A stretch of DNA of 64,000 nucleotides, taken from NCBI GenBank assembly GCA_028534125.1, contig CM052816.1, forward strand, positions 26,228,001 to 26,292,000. Reading direction: 5' to 3'. The stretch is from Lama glama (lineage: Eukaryota). The notes beneath the pieces were generated by a model. The model saw nothing but the letters and a program-made list of their open reading frames with translations. It had not been told where the DNA came from and made no database searches. Position numbers and translations under genes: made by a program. The stretch's first letter is position 1; each line of letters begins with the position of its first letter. This document shows positions 25,617-37,699 of this stretch, one piece after another.

Positions 25617-25945
25617 GGATAGCCTCTCAGATAGCTCTGAGGAATTGCTCCAAAGAGGTAGGGAGCAGGTATGGTATGTGAATTTTGGCTAGTAGATACA
25701 TGCAGTCGAAAAAGGTGACTGCTAGTCATGAGGATCAGATAGCTCAGTTTGTGTTTTTAGCGCTTTTCTATGTTTGCGAAGATACAAGAATCTGAGGTCA
25801 TTTTAACTGTCTAGAGACCTATATGTCCAAAACTGTGAATCTATCCTGAATTCCTTTCAAGGTGTACTTGTAGGTCAGCGACTACAGTAGCTCATGACTT
25901 TATCCTTGTAGAACTGGAATGTCGAGCAGCATTCTTTGTTTACCC
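25617..25945 (-). mobile_element. ERV1 LTR fragment (MER41-like, cetartiodactyl type)
   Basis: 'agcctctcagatagctctgaggaattgctccaaagagg' and 'atcctgaattcctttcaaggtg' resemble recalled artiodactyl MER41-type LTRs. Confidence 0.5.
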
Positions 25946-26259
25946 TCAGCAGGGCAGTGTAATCTGAGGATGTGGGGTTTGCTTAGGTTCTAGGTGGTGA
26001 TGTGGAAATTGCACAGATACTCAATTTAGATAGATAGACCCCGGGGTGAATAGCCTTGAGCCACCGAGAGGAAGAAAATATAGGTGGAAACTCTCAGCAT
26101 TTAACACAGAGGTGTGGTGTTCTGGGGGCTCCCTGCCTGCTGTCAGAATCAGCCAAAATCAGGGCCACACGCTGTGGGTTTCCGGGATTTCCCAAATGGA
26201 AAGTTACCCCAAAGAGGGGAGAAACTGCAATTTCACAAGGATTCTCCTGAGCTAAGCCT

Positions 26260-26652
26260 GTACACTTGTGCTATGCACATCCTGCTTCCTGGAATGCTCT
26301 TCCACCCCCCTCATTTCCTGGATTACTTGTATTCACGCATCAGAAGTCCACTGAGGGGTAGCTCTGGGAGAGCAAGGACCCATTTATCTTGTCCTTGCCA
26401 TGTCCCAGTGCCTAACAAACAAATTTGGGCACATCATATCCTCCTCCAGAAAGCCTTCCTTAACTTGCCCCTCCTCTGCAGTCCCACAGTCCCCTGTTAA
26501 TAATGATGTCTCTGCCTTTTTACGTATCCCTAATTAAATATTAGTTCACTTCATTGTGAGTTCTTCAGATAAAACCCTGGTATTCTGTCTGTGTACCCAG
26601 CACTTGGCTTTGAATGAATGGTCGCACTTAGATGTTTGTTGAATGAATGAAT
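26260..26652 (+). mobile_element. L2 LINE 3' fragments
   Basis: 'cctggaatgctcttcc', 'cctcctccagaaagccttcct', terminal 'tgtttgttgaatgaatgaat'. Confidence 0.65.
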
Positions 26653-27599
26653 ACGAACTGCAGTGGACCCCCAAGTATTAGAGGCTGAGATACTCATCTT
26701 TCATGTACTCACTCATTCATTGGGTACTACAGTCTGCCAACACATTAAGAACTGAGAATGCAGTGCCGTGTTACACAAACCTTTATTGTGTAGAGTTAGG
26801 TCCTTAAACAGTTAATTCTGCTGTTTGCAGTCAGTGTGGAGTCAAGAGTCACACCTGAGTTTGTCTCAAGTTTTTCTCTAGAAAAGTGGCTGATAAATGG
26901 AGATCCTTTTGAAGTTGGGGGCTGGACCTAGTGAGGTAGGCTGAGAACTATTTACCATTGAGGTGGAGCCTGTCCTTGTCTAGAGAATAGAGGCCCAGCT
27001 GGATGATGCTGTGAGTCTGTCAGCTCAGCTCAGCTCTTGGAACACCTGCTTTGCAGGCAGGATTGGGCCCCTTGGGGCTGCTGGTGGATGCAGAGCACAT
27101 CCAGCCCTATGTTGGCTCCATTCTTTACCTGGCAAAGGAGGGGTTGATACTTGGGGATGCAGCTCATTTGGTGCCTCTCCATCTGTGTTCACTGCACAGC
27201 TCATATCCTGTGGTTCAGTCTTTTTGAACCATTTGCAGTTTCTCTACCTGGCTGTATTCTCTCACCCCAGAGTCTTTGCACATACAGTCACTTCTTTTCT
27301 GAAAGTCTTTCCTCTTCTCTCCTGACCTGGGTAGTTTTCTGATCATCCTTCATGTCTCAACTTAGACACCTCCTCCTCCTCCCAATAACACTTCCAAGCT
27401 GGGTCAGGGACTACTTCTGGTTCCCAGAATACCCTGTGATTCCCCTATCACAGCCCTAGTTCCTGTCTATGTAAGCATACATTGTTTGTCCCTGTTACCT
27501 CCAGATGGCGACCTCCATGAAGTCAGGGAATGAGATAGTCTAATTAAATATGTCCTGTCAGACCCCTAGTACTCAGCCCATTGTCTGCTCTGTGTGAAA

Positions 27600-28010
27600 A
27601 ACCAAAGTCCTGATGAATGGATAAACAAAATGTCATATAACCATACAATGGAATATTATTCAGCCTTCAAAAAGACAGAAATTATTACACATGCTACAAC
27701 GTGGATGAATTTTAAGGACATTATACTAAATGAAATAAGCCAGTCACAAAATGACAAATAACATATAATTTCATTTATATGATGTGTCCAGAGTAGTCAA
27801 GTTTATAGAGACAGAAAGAATGGTGGTTGCCAACATCTTGGCGTCGAGGGACATGGAAGCTGTTGTTCAGTGGGTAAGAGTTTCAGTATTGCAAGTTCTG
27901 GAGATTTGTTGTACAGCAATGTGAACATATCTAACACCACTTAAATGTGCACTTAAAAGTGGTTCTGATGCTAAGTTCTATGCGTATTTTATCATAATTA
28001 AAAAAAATTA
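27600..28010 (+). mobile_element. L1MA/MB-like 3' end inserted among L2 fragments (27270-27590, 28010-28420)
   Basis: 'gatgaatggataaacaaaatgt...atacaatggaatattattcagcc...aaatgaaataagccagtcacaaaa' and A tail at ~28000. Confidence 0.85.
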
Positions 28011-28604
28011 ACATCCTTCAAGACTCTCCTCATGTAGACCCTGCTGATGTCTCAGATCTCATGTCCTCCCTCTCTCCCTTGCTTTCTTTCTGCTCCATTC
28101 ACACCAGCCCCCTTGCTATTCATTGAACATGCCAAGTTCCCACCTTGGGCCCTTTGCCCATGTTGTTCCCTCTGTCTGGAATGGTTTTCATGGCCAAATC
28201 CTTCTTGCCAAATTGGGACACAGCTCAGGAGTCACCTCGACAGAGAGGCTATCATTGTTTCCCTTTGTAGAGCTATTTTCCCCACTACTCTCTATTAATT
28301 TATGCTCTTTCTGCTTTTGAAATCACTTTCTTCAGATTTTTATTCTCCTGCCTAATATCTTTTCTCCACTAGATGTGGGCAGGGGCAGTGCCTGTCTTGT
28401 CACTGTAGTCTACACAGATTGCCCCAACTGTTGAACACCCTGAAGCCCAGAAAGCTTCATTAGTTGGGGTGATCTGTGTGGACCTGAGGAGAAGTAGAAA
28501 AAATGAACCTATGATGTAGATGAGACCAGTGACCCCTTAACTTCCCTATGGAAGGGTGGTGCATGCGCTAAATGATTAAGACAAACTCTGGAAGAACAAT
28601 TTAC

Positions 28605-29180
28605 GTCCCTTCTTTCCTCCCTCCCTTTTTGTGAATAATTCCTTTCAAGCTTCCTTCTGTACATTCTTCTTTCTGTCCTTTTTTCCCTCCACATTTCTTC
28701 CCATCTGTTTCTTTTCTTCTTCCCTCCCTGCCTTTCCTTCCTTTCTATTCATGCATCTATCCATCCATTCTTCCTTACATATTTCTATCCATCTGTTTTT
28801 CTATGCAGCCAGCCAGCCAGCCATCAATCCATCATTCCTTCCTAGCTACGTCAATTATTCCCTTCCTTCCTTTTTCCCATTCATACATTTTTTATGCATC
28901 CTCTGTCCATCTTTCCTTCATTCCTTACCTTCTTCCATCCATTCGTTATTCCTTGCTTCCTCCCCATTCACTCTTTTCTTCCATCTGTCTATCCATCTTT
29001 CCTTCCTTTCATTCGTATTCTCCTTTCCATCTATTTCTACATGTTTGCTCCCTCCCTCTTCCTTTTCTTCCATTCATCTTTTTTTGCCTTTCATCTGCTT
29101 ATCCATCTTCTATCTCTTCTTCCTTCCACTCATCACTTCTTTCTTTCATTTATCCATTTTCCCTCCTTTCCATGCACACT
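28605..29180 (+). repeat. Degenerate (TCCA/TTCC/TCTA)n pyrimidine-rich low-complexity tract
   Basis: ~570 bp nearly devoid of G, built of ccat/cctt/ctat units. Confidence 0.9.
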
Positions 29181-29499
29181 AAATTGTTCCTTTAGTGCTC
29201 CAGGAACTATTCCAAGGACTGGATAGTTAAAACCAGAGTCAGTGCAGCTAAGTTTAACTTAATTTTGCTCCAGTTTTCCTTTTCCTATTTAGGAAAAGAT
29301 GGTTGTTTTGGACCTCAGAACCCCAGAACCCTGGTGTAGTTGGAAAGAATGAGGGAGGAAGCTGTGGTATAAAAGACCAGCAACGGACCCAACGACACTG
29401 TGAGAGTGTTGAAAAACAGACCTTAATTCTTGAAAACTTACAAGGTTCTCGTTACAGGGTTTCCTGAATTGATCCATGAACTAGAAAATAATAGGTGTG

Positions 29500-30760
29500 C
29501 ACCAAAATTCATTTTTGCTTTTGTTTCCCTTACCTGAGGAGACAGATCCAAAAATACATAGCTAAGACCTATGTCAAAGAGCATAATACCTCTGACTTTT
29601 TTTTTTCCTTCAGAATTTCTTTGGCTATTTGGTTTTCTGTGGTTCCAATCCAAATTTTAGAATTATTTGTTCTAGTTCTATGAAAAGTATCATTTGCGTT
29701 ATAGGGGTTACATTAAATCTGTAGATTGCTTTGGGCAGTTTGGACATTTTAACAATATTAATTCTTCCTGTCCATGAACACGGGATATCTTTCCATTTGT
29801 TTGTATTTTCTTCAGTTTCCTTCATTAGTGTCTTTGAGTTTTCAGAGTATAGGTATTTCACCTCTTTGGTTAAAATTATTCCTTTCTGATGTGATTGTAA
29901 ATGGGATTGTTCTTATGATTTCTCTTTCTGGTAGTTCATTATTAGTGTATAGAAATGCAGCAGATTTCTGTTTATTAAACTTGTACCCTGCAACTTTACT
30001 TGAATACAGTACTAGTACTTTAACTTACTAGTTTATTTAATAATGAATTTATACAATTTAATAAATAAATTTGTTATATTTAAATTTAAGACAGTTTATT
30101 TTTATTTAATAATAAATATATTACATTTCTATTTAATAATTCATTTATTTAATACAGTACTGGTACTTTATTCATACTTTTTTTTGTAGCGTGTTTAGGG
30201 TTTTCTGTATATAGTATCATATTACCTGCAAATGTGACAATTTTATTTCTTCCTTTCCGATTTAGATGCCTTTAATTTCGTCTTCTTGTCTTGATTGCTG
30301 TGGCTGGAACTTCCAGTAATATGTTAAATAGAAATGGTGAGAGTGGGCATACTTGTCTTGTTTCTGATCTTAGAGAACACTTAGTTTTTTTTACCACTGA
30401 GTATGATGTTAGCCATGGGTTTGTCATAAATGGCCTTTATTATATTGAAATATGTTCTCTTTATACCAACTTTGTTGAGAGTTTTGATCTTGAATGGATA
30501 TTGACTTTTGTCAAATGATTTTTCTGTGCTGAGATGATTATGTGATTTTTATCTTTCATTTTGTTAATATGCTGTATCACATTGATTAGTCAATATTGAA
30601 CCATCCCTGGAATAAACCCAACTTGATCATGGTGTATGATCCTTTTTATGTATTGAATTTGATTTGCTAATATTTTGTTGAAGATTTTTGCATCTCTGTT
30701 CATCAGAGATATTGGCCTGCAGTTTTCTTTTTTGGCAGTGTCTTTGTTTGATTCTGGTGA
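29500..30760 (-). mobile_element. LINE-1 ORF2 (RT region) fragment with internal deletions and an AT-rich insert
   Basis: ORFs 29625..29861(-) '[29 protein letters not shown]' and 30590..30781(-) '[24 protein letters not shown]...[13 protein letters not shown]'. Confidence 0.95.
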
Positions 30761-33019
30761 GCCCTTCCCTGAAATCCCCATATGATATGGCTCCTCTTTT
30801 TGTCCACAGTGAGTCTTTGTTACTCTTTTTGTCTAACTCCTAGCTCTGATCTAAATTACCTGTTAGCTTACTTGTACATTTTCTGTCTCTCTCTATGTAT
30901 TAGAGTAGAAGCAGGCTGTACATTGCACAATTCAGGTGGCCCTGTTCCATTGTGGTCAGTGTGAATGGAGCAGGACAGTGTAAACCTGTACACCCTCACA
31001 CTTGGCCCTCCATAATAGCCAGAGTTTCTGGTAAATGCTATTATTCCAAGTCCCCAAAACAGTGCCAAGTGCTCTAAAAATATTTGTTGATAAAAAACTC
31101 TTGAATTGAATGGTTTGAAGAGACTAAGGGAGGTAGTAAATTTTATTTTAGTCATAATCTTTTCTATTTCAGTTGCTTTGTTGATTTCTTGAAAAGAAAA
31201 AAATAATCCTACATTGAAAACCTAGTGAAAATAACCAAATTTCTATGTAAGTTACAAAGAGAAAAATGAATTATTTAACTGAACTGCTTAAAAAAGAAAT
31301 TGCTGAAGAATAATGTGCTCATGTTACTGATACTTTAGTTTAATATTAATGATTACAGTCAGAATATATTTCTTTGTCTTTAATACTTGGATCTGTATTT
31401 GTGTATTAATCATAAATAATGTGCTACCAGTATGGGATATTTCTCGTCTCTATAAACCTTTTGGGATATGACCACTTTGCAAGGTAGATTAGATTTCATA
31501 ATAATTTATATGCGTCTTTGAACTGAAAATATTTCTCATTCTCAAACACGAAATGTTATGTTGATAAAAAGTGATACCACTTGTTGTTTATAAGCAAGTT
31601 ATACTTTTTCTTCCAAAATTTCAAGCAAACATAATAATATAGTTAAGTAAAGAAAATCTGAATTTGTAAACCACAATTTTAAAAGACCAGCATTTTAAAA
31701 TTTAAAATACATTCTCTATCATGTAGCATATATTTATTCAGTTTTAGCATAAAGATCCTGCATATAGTCTTTTTCATTTTCCATTTTCTAAAAAGTATTT
31801 AAATGCTGCAGGGTTAAACATTTTGTTCATTCTGATTGATCTTTGAGTGAATGAATGACATGAGTGCTTCAGTCAGATTAGGTCATCTTGGCCTAGCTGA
31901 TTAGTGGTTGATTCTGTGTACATACATTTTGTTCCCTGGAATTGATAACAACCACAGAAAAAGCCAGCCCTTTCGCCTTCCAAACCGATCGACAAAATGC
32001 AAATGCTGCAGTTACTGTATTTAAAAAAAGTAGACGTTGTATTAGACCACAGCCATTTCCTTCTTTTTCTCTGCGGTGTCATTTGAAGTCTGCTTTTTAA
32101 AACAAGTTGAACAAATGAATCCTTCTGTCCTCACTTTCAGTTGTCAGCAGTGCTCCAGTGTGAGATGAAATAAATTGCCAAGCCCTTTCATCTTCTATAA
32201 TCAGCACTGCACAGCTGAGTACACCCACAGCCCTGCATGCCGCCTCTGCCAGCACTTACTCTGTGCGGAACAGGAAGTCTTTGTTAGTGCCACATATCCA
32301 AAGCTCTGCACAGGAGAGAGTTTATTTTGGTTCTCTCCTTCATTTCTTGCTTCTTTGCATCTTCTTTTCTCCCTGTCTGCACAAGTAATGTGCAGTCCAT
32401 TATCTGTAGGAAAGAAGTTTTTAGGAAGTAACATTATTTTTTAAAAAACACATCTGATGTAGTTTTCTTTTTCCGACCCTACAGTACAGTGAAGGTTAGC
32501 ATCATTGCTTTTAGTCCTATACAGATGGATGAAATTTACAAATTAAATATTACTTGGAGGAACCTTAAACCATGTCTTTATCGTATCAGAGTTCTACATT
32601 TTTAAAAGCACAGAAGCAGCATATGTGTGTTTCTATAACCAAAGCACGACATCCACGGAGATTTACCTACTGCTGCTTAGTTGTTATCTTCCAGCTCCCA
32701 AACTATGTGGGAGTGTATTGGGGAACGGAACAGAGAACGACAGCTTGATATAGGGGCTAGAGACATATACCTGCTAGTTTGGGGGTGATTGTTTGTTTTG
32801 CGTTGAGCCAGTTTCTTTGAAGACCGTTCTTCCTCTGTTCCCTCTGATTCTGGTGGGGCTGTCAGTAGCTGATTCCTTCTCATCTTCAGCCTCTCCTCCC
32901 CCTATTCCCCCGAGTTGGCAGCACTGCATGTTTGCTGCAACGTTCCAGGTCATCAGGCACTGTTCTAAGTGCCTTGTATTCATTTATGTTTATTATAGGC
33001 ATTAACTTGGCTATTTGCA

Positions 33020-33180
33020 CAACAAAATGATGATTGGGACAATTTATTGCCTCCATTCTCCAGATGAGGAAAGTGAGGCACAAGTTAGCTAAGCAGTTTG
33101 TCTAATAGCATACAATTGTTAAGTGGTGGAACTGAGATCCGAACCTGGGTAGTGTGTCTGCAGATTGTTGCTCTTATCTA
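33020..33180 (-). mobile_element. MIR SINE
   Basis: 'ctccattctccagatgaggaaagtgaggcacaag...aagtggtggaactgagatccgaacc'. Confidence 0.8.
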
Positions 33181-33189
33181 GTACACCCT

Positions 33190-33545
33190 AGTGTGGCTTG
33201 CAGGGTGGGCAGATGACCCTGTACCCCAGCCCCTGGACACAGAGATTGGTTCAGGGCTGGGCATGTGGCCCAAGAGGAGGGAGACGGTGCAAGTAGAGAG
33301 GTGTGCATGCTGTCTTCCTGCAGGAGTTACCCAGCCGGCAGGATGGGACCAGGCCGATTGGAGACATCATGTCCATGACAGGTGAAGATGGAGCTCTAAT
33401 GATACTTACTGGATTCTGGTCCAGCTGCCCCTGAATTCAATTTACCTCAGGATGTTTTTGTTCTTTGCTTTAATGTGAGCCAATAAGTTCCTCTTGTTTG
33501 TTCAAGCCAACAACATTTGGATTTCTCTCACTAAGAAAGGTTATT
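33190..33545 (+). mobile_element. Old MLT1-type LTR relic
   Basis: 'gattggttcagggctgggcatgtggccca', 'atgtgagccaataagttcctc'. Confidence 0.55.
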
Positions 33546-36500
33546 GAGTTATAGATGGGAAAGAGCAGAATTTCCAAAAATTCCCAAGTCATGCTGGATG
33601 TTCCCCCTCTACCTGCCATGACCCGCCAGGGCCATTTCAAACCCACATTAGCCCTTAAAAATGATAAGGTCAATTCAGCTAAGCCACCCAGTTCTTAAAA
33701 AGAGGCTTTTTAAAAACGAGAGGCTATGCTGATCTGGAAATGTGTATTGATCTTTTAATTTGAACTTATAAATTTAAATTTTATCTCAGTGGAAAGAGAC
33801 TAGAAAAAATTAATGCTTTCTAGCCAGTTTCTGGTGAGTGAGACCAACCAAACTTGAAAACCAATGAAAACAACAGCAGACCAGAAAAGTCAATTATTCC
33901 GTTTGAATTAATTTTGTCCTTTGAGATGGTTACTATTATTATCATCTCCATGTTACAGATGGAGTTTTTCAGTAACTTTAATGGTCACACGTATGTGAAG
34001 TGGTAAAAGTGAGGATTTGACCAGGTAGGTAACTCCTGAGGCCACACTGTTACACCGAATTCTCTTGTAGAAGGTGCTTAATAAATGTTGAACTGAACTG
34101 AAATTGTCGAATTTACCGTGTGCCTTGGCTAGGAAGAAAACAGGCCTTTTGTATTACGAAAAATAAACGGCAACCCAAGATTCTAAGAAGTAGCCATAGT
34201 CACAGTTCCTCCTTTCTCTGGAGGATGTGATTACCTTAAGATAAATCCCAGTGTGCAGAATTACTTTACTGTCATCAGCATATACAATTAAATATTTATT
34301 AGGCAAATTAATGTATTTAAATTTGTTTAAAATTAAGCTGACCACTAATAGCTCTGCTCATCAGTTAAGACATTATATGTTATTCTACAGCTTAAGAACG
34401 TTTTAATGGCTGATAAAATTGCTCCCTAGATTCTAGCAGCTTTCAGATTTTGAAATTACAGCTGAAGATACTCTTAATCATTCCTAAATTACCAACTACT
34501 CACTGTTCACCTCTAAATTGTCTAATTGATCCTTCCATTTGAGGAAAATAATAAATAGAACTTCCCGAGAGATAAATTATTTACAGGGTAGGTATACCTT
34601 ATACAGTTGTGAATACTTTGAAGACACAGTTGGCTGTAGAATGGAAAACAATTTGAATATAACAAAGTCTGTGTATTTAGCTAAGTTGGAGGGAAAGGAC
34701 CAAGAAAATTTCACTATCGTAGAGCTGATTAAAATAATGGTATTGAATTCAAGTGTTTCCCTGTATAAATTGATGTTTATCAAGTTTCTAAACTATGTGT
34801 ATCTATTTCCATTTTCTTAATGTATCTTTTTAGGGACAGATGTTTAATTATGCATTCCTACCACTAAAATGTGGTAGGGCCTTTGAACAGATCTCTGATC
34901 ACTTGGAGATTAAGCATCAGTTAAGACTTTTTATCCAGACTCAAATTATTCCATCAAATACTTCCCAGCTCTGAGTCAAAATGGAAGAATTGTAAAAAAA
35001 CAAAACAAAACAAAACAAAAAAAAACCACACACACACAAAAAAGAAGACAGTGATTGTAAAAAGATGTTATGGTCTCTGTATACACATATAAAGGAATAT
35101 ATAATATATTCCAAACCCTCAGCTGGAGAGGATGCTACTCTTGGATCATGCTTTTCCAGTACATTTAAATATACCAACACCACTGTGTCGTTGGCATGAG
35201 CTGAGCTTCCAGCCTGGGAAGAGCCACACTGAACTTGGAGTAACTCTGATATCCCCTTTTGGGGATATTTCTGGAAATTAGAAAAATCAGATAAAATATA
35301 CACTATTTTATCTGGCTAACTGTATTTACTCTGAAAATTCTGTGATCGTTATTATAACTTTTAAATTCAGTTGAACATTTTGAAATGCCAGTTCTGTGCA
35401 AAGTTCTGTGCTTTGTGCCGTGGATGATACAATGATCAGCAGACGTGAACCTTGTCTTTAGGACTTTAATCAGCGGGGATAGAGAGGGAAAACCTTAATC
35501 ATAAAAGGTGTATGTGCTATAAAAGAGGTGAAAAGTCTATTAGGAATAAAGCAGAGGCAGAGAGCAATTCTTCTGATTAAGTGATGGAGCTATGGCTTCA
35601 GGAAAATAGCTGCATTTGGAGTAGACAGATTTTGATGTGAAAAGAGGTAGCGATGAGGACTTCCCATGAATAGGACATCTTTTCATATGAATTCCAAAAC
35701 CTCCTAGTGATGAGGAGAGGGCACTAAGTATATAGATTAATAAGAGTCTAGACCCTTGTAGCAGGCTCATATACCAGCAGTTTCTGTTTGTTTGACCTTA
35801 ATTCCAACATATACTATTTGACTTCTTTCTGTGACTTCTTTAAATCGTTGTAAATGCACTTTGTGTGACTTGGCTTACCAATGTCTCTAAGCCTACAGAA
35901 AATGGAGGTGAAGTACTTAGTAAATATCACACAGAAGCAACCTGCCATTCTGAACTCACAGTTAGGCATTATTCTCCTCCCGAGGCTTGGCTTGCCATTC
36001 CTTGCAGGCATGATTCAATAAGGCAGAGGCAACTTACTGTTTCGTTGTGAGCACCATATGAGTGGCTAGAATTGGAGTCTCGCAGCGTGAGACCCTCACA
36101 CCTTGACACCTGAGCTGGGTACCGTCCAAGCTCCTGAATCCAGGGTTATTCCCTTCCCGCTCACCACCTCTTTGCCCCTAACTGGCTGTGGTATTGTTAG
36201 TGAGTCAGAGGTGTCGGAAGTGGAACCCACTGTGACACTGAAAAGAAGACACTTTGACCCTGTCCACTTTCTCCTTGTGCTGAAGGTGTGCTCCACTTAA
36301 AATGGTGTGTTTTATTTCAGCTGTTTGTGAAACATGGTGTTTGCCTAGTTGCAGCATTTACACCATCTCTTGCTTAGCCTGGGGATCCCAACATTTATAT
36401 CAAACCTACAGTTGCTAATTTACAACTGCGAATACCCGTTAGTTTGTTACAGTGCTAATTTAATTTAATTTCTTATGAATGAGAAATTCTGAGGTACAGG

Positions 36501-36729
36501 TGCAGTCAGATTCTTTGATCTTGGTCATTGACACCTCCTGGCCCTTCAGTCTTCACAGTTTCAGTTCCATAAAAATTCAGTAATCTTTGAAAACTTTTCT
36601 GTACCATTTGTTCTGTTAGAACAAATGTTGCCAACAAAGCAGTCTACAGTTAAACTGTGGTAGTATGTTCTAAATGTCATGAAATGTATTTGGCTATTCA
36701 GGTGGGACTAGATCCAAATGGCAAAAACT

Positions 36730-36920
36730 GTAGCATTCGGATCTTGGTATACATAAGAATCATTAAGATGTTTGTCAAACATGTAGGTTCATGGTCTCAT
36801 CTCTAGTATATCCAGTACAGTAAATTTGGGTGGAAGTGGGGCAGGAATCTGCACTTAAATTTTTTCACAACTTTCCCAGATGGTTCTGGTACAGTTGGTT
36901 TGCAGAACACTTAGAGGAAA
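36730..36920. mobile_element. MER5-like hAT-Charlie relic
   Basis: 'agaatcattaagatgtttgtcaaacatgtag...gtggggcaggaatctgcactt...cccagatggttctg'. Confidence 0.55.
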
Positions 36921-37699
36921 AAATGTAAAAGTAGCTACTTATAATTAATCATCAATATTAATTACTAATCATAATTAATATCAAGTTTGAGTTTTTATTA
37001 AATTAATGCTATGGGAAAAGAGAATGTTGACTTTTGTGACATATAACAGATTCAAATCTCTAATTGAGAAAAATACTTAAGTGTCCACAGTGTCCTGTGA
37101 TGTGTCCCTTCAGTGCATTTATGAATCAACTGGAAGCCCTTTGAAAATTTCCAATAGGCTGTGGACCACACTTTAAGAATCACTTTTCTAAGCTGTCTTA
37201 AAATTATGGCAGGATGCCCAGAAGCTGATATTTAACAGCCATGGAAATATATCTACTTAAAATCTTACAAGTAAAAACAACTTTGGGAAGCCAGTTTCCA
37301 CTTCAGTATTTGGCACTGGATGAAAGTTTCACATCCACATTGGAGATCCTCATTCAATGACATAGACACTTCAATATTCACATTAAATTCATTTAGTAAA
37401 AATAACAGCTGAAGAATGTGCAGCTGAAGTTGATCCCTGGCGGCATTTAGTTTGTTTACAGTCTATTTTGGCTGTGGCCATTATCCATGTCTACAGCCTT
37501 TGCACATACTTAAGAGGAGCCACACAGATTATAATCTAATTATAGGGAAGTATAAAAACAAATGTCTCTGCAAGCAAATACTGAAATATTTCAAAGTCAA
37601 CAAAAGCTATAATTGCTCAAATTTAAAAGCAGCAAGTAAGTAAGCAAATACATATAAAAGTGTAAAATTATGTGACCTCAGGTGATTTCTGTATTTCAT

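Noticed and set aside
28631..29226. Three overlapping ORFs of 110-183 aa
   Set aside because: Products of a low-complexity pyrimidine tract.
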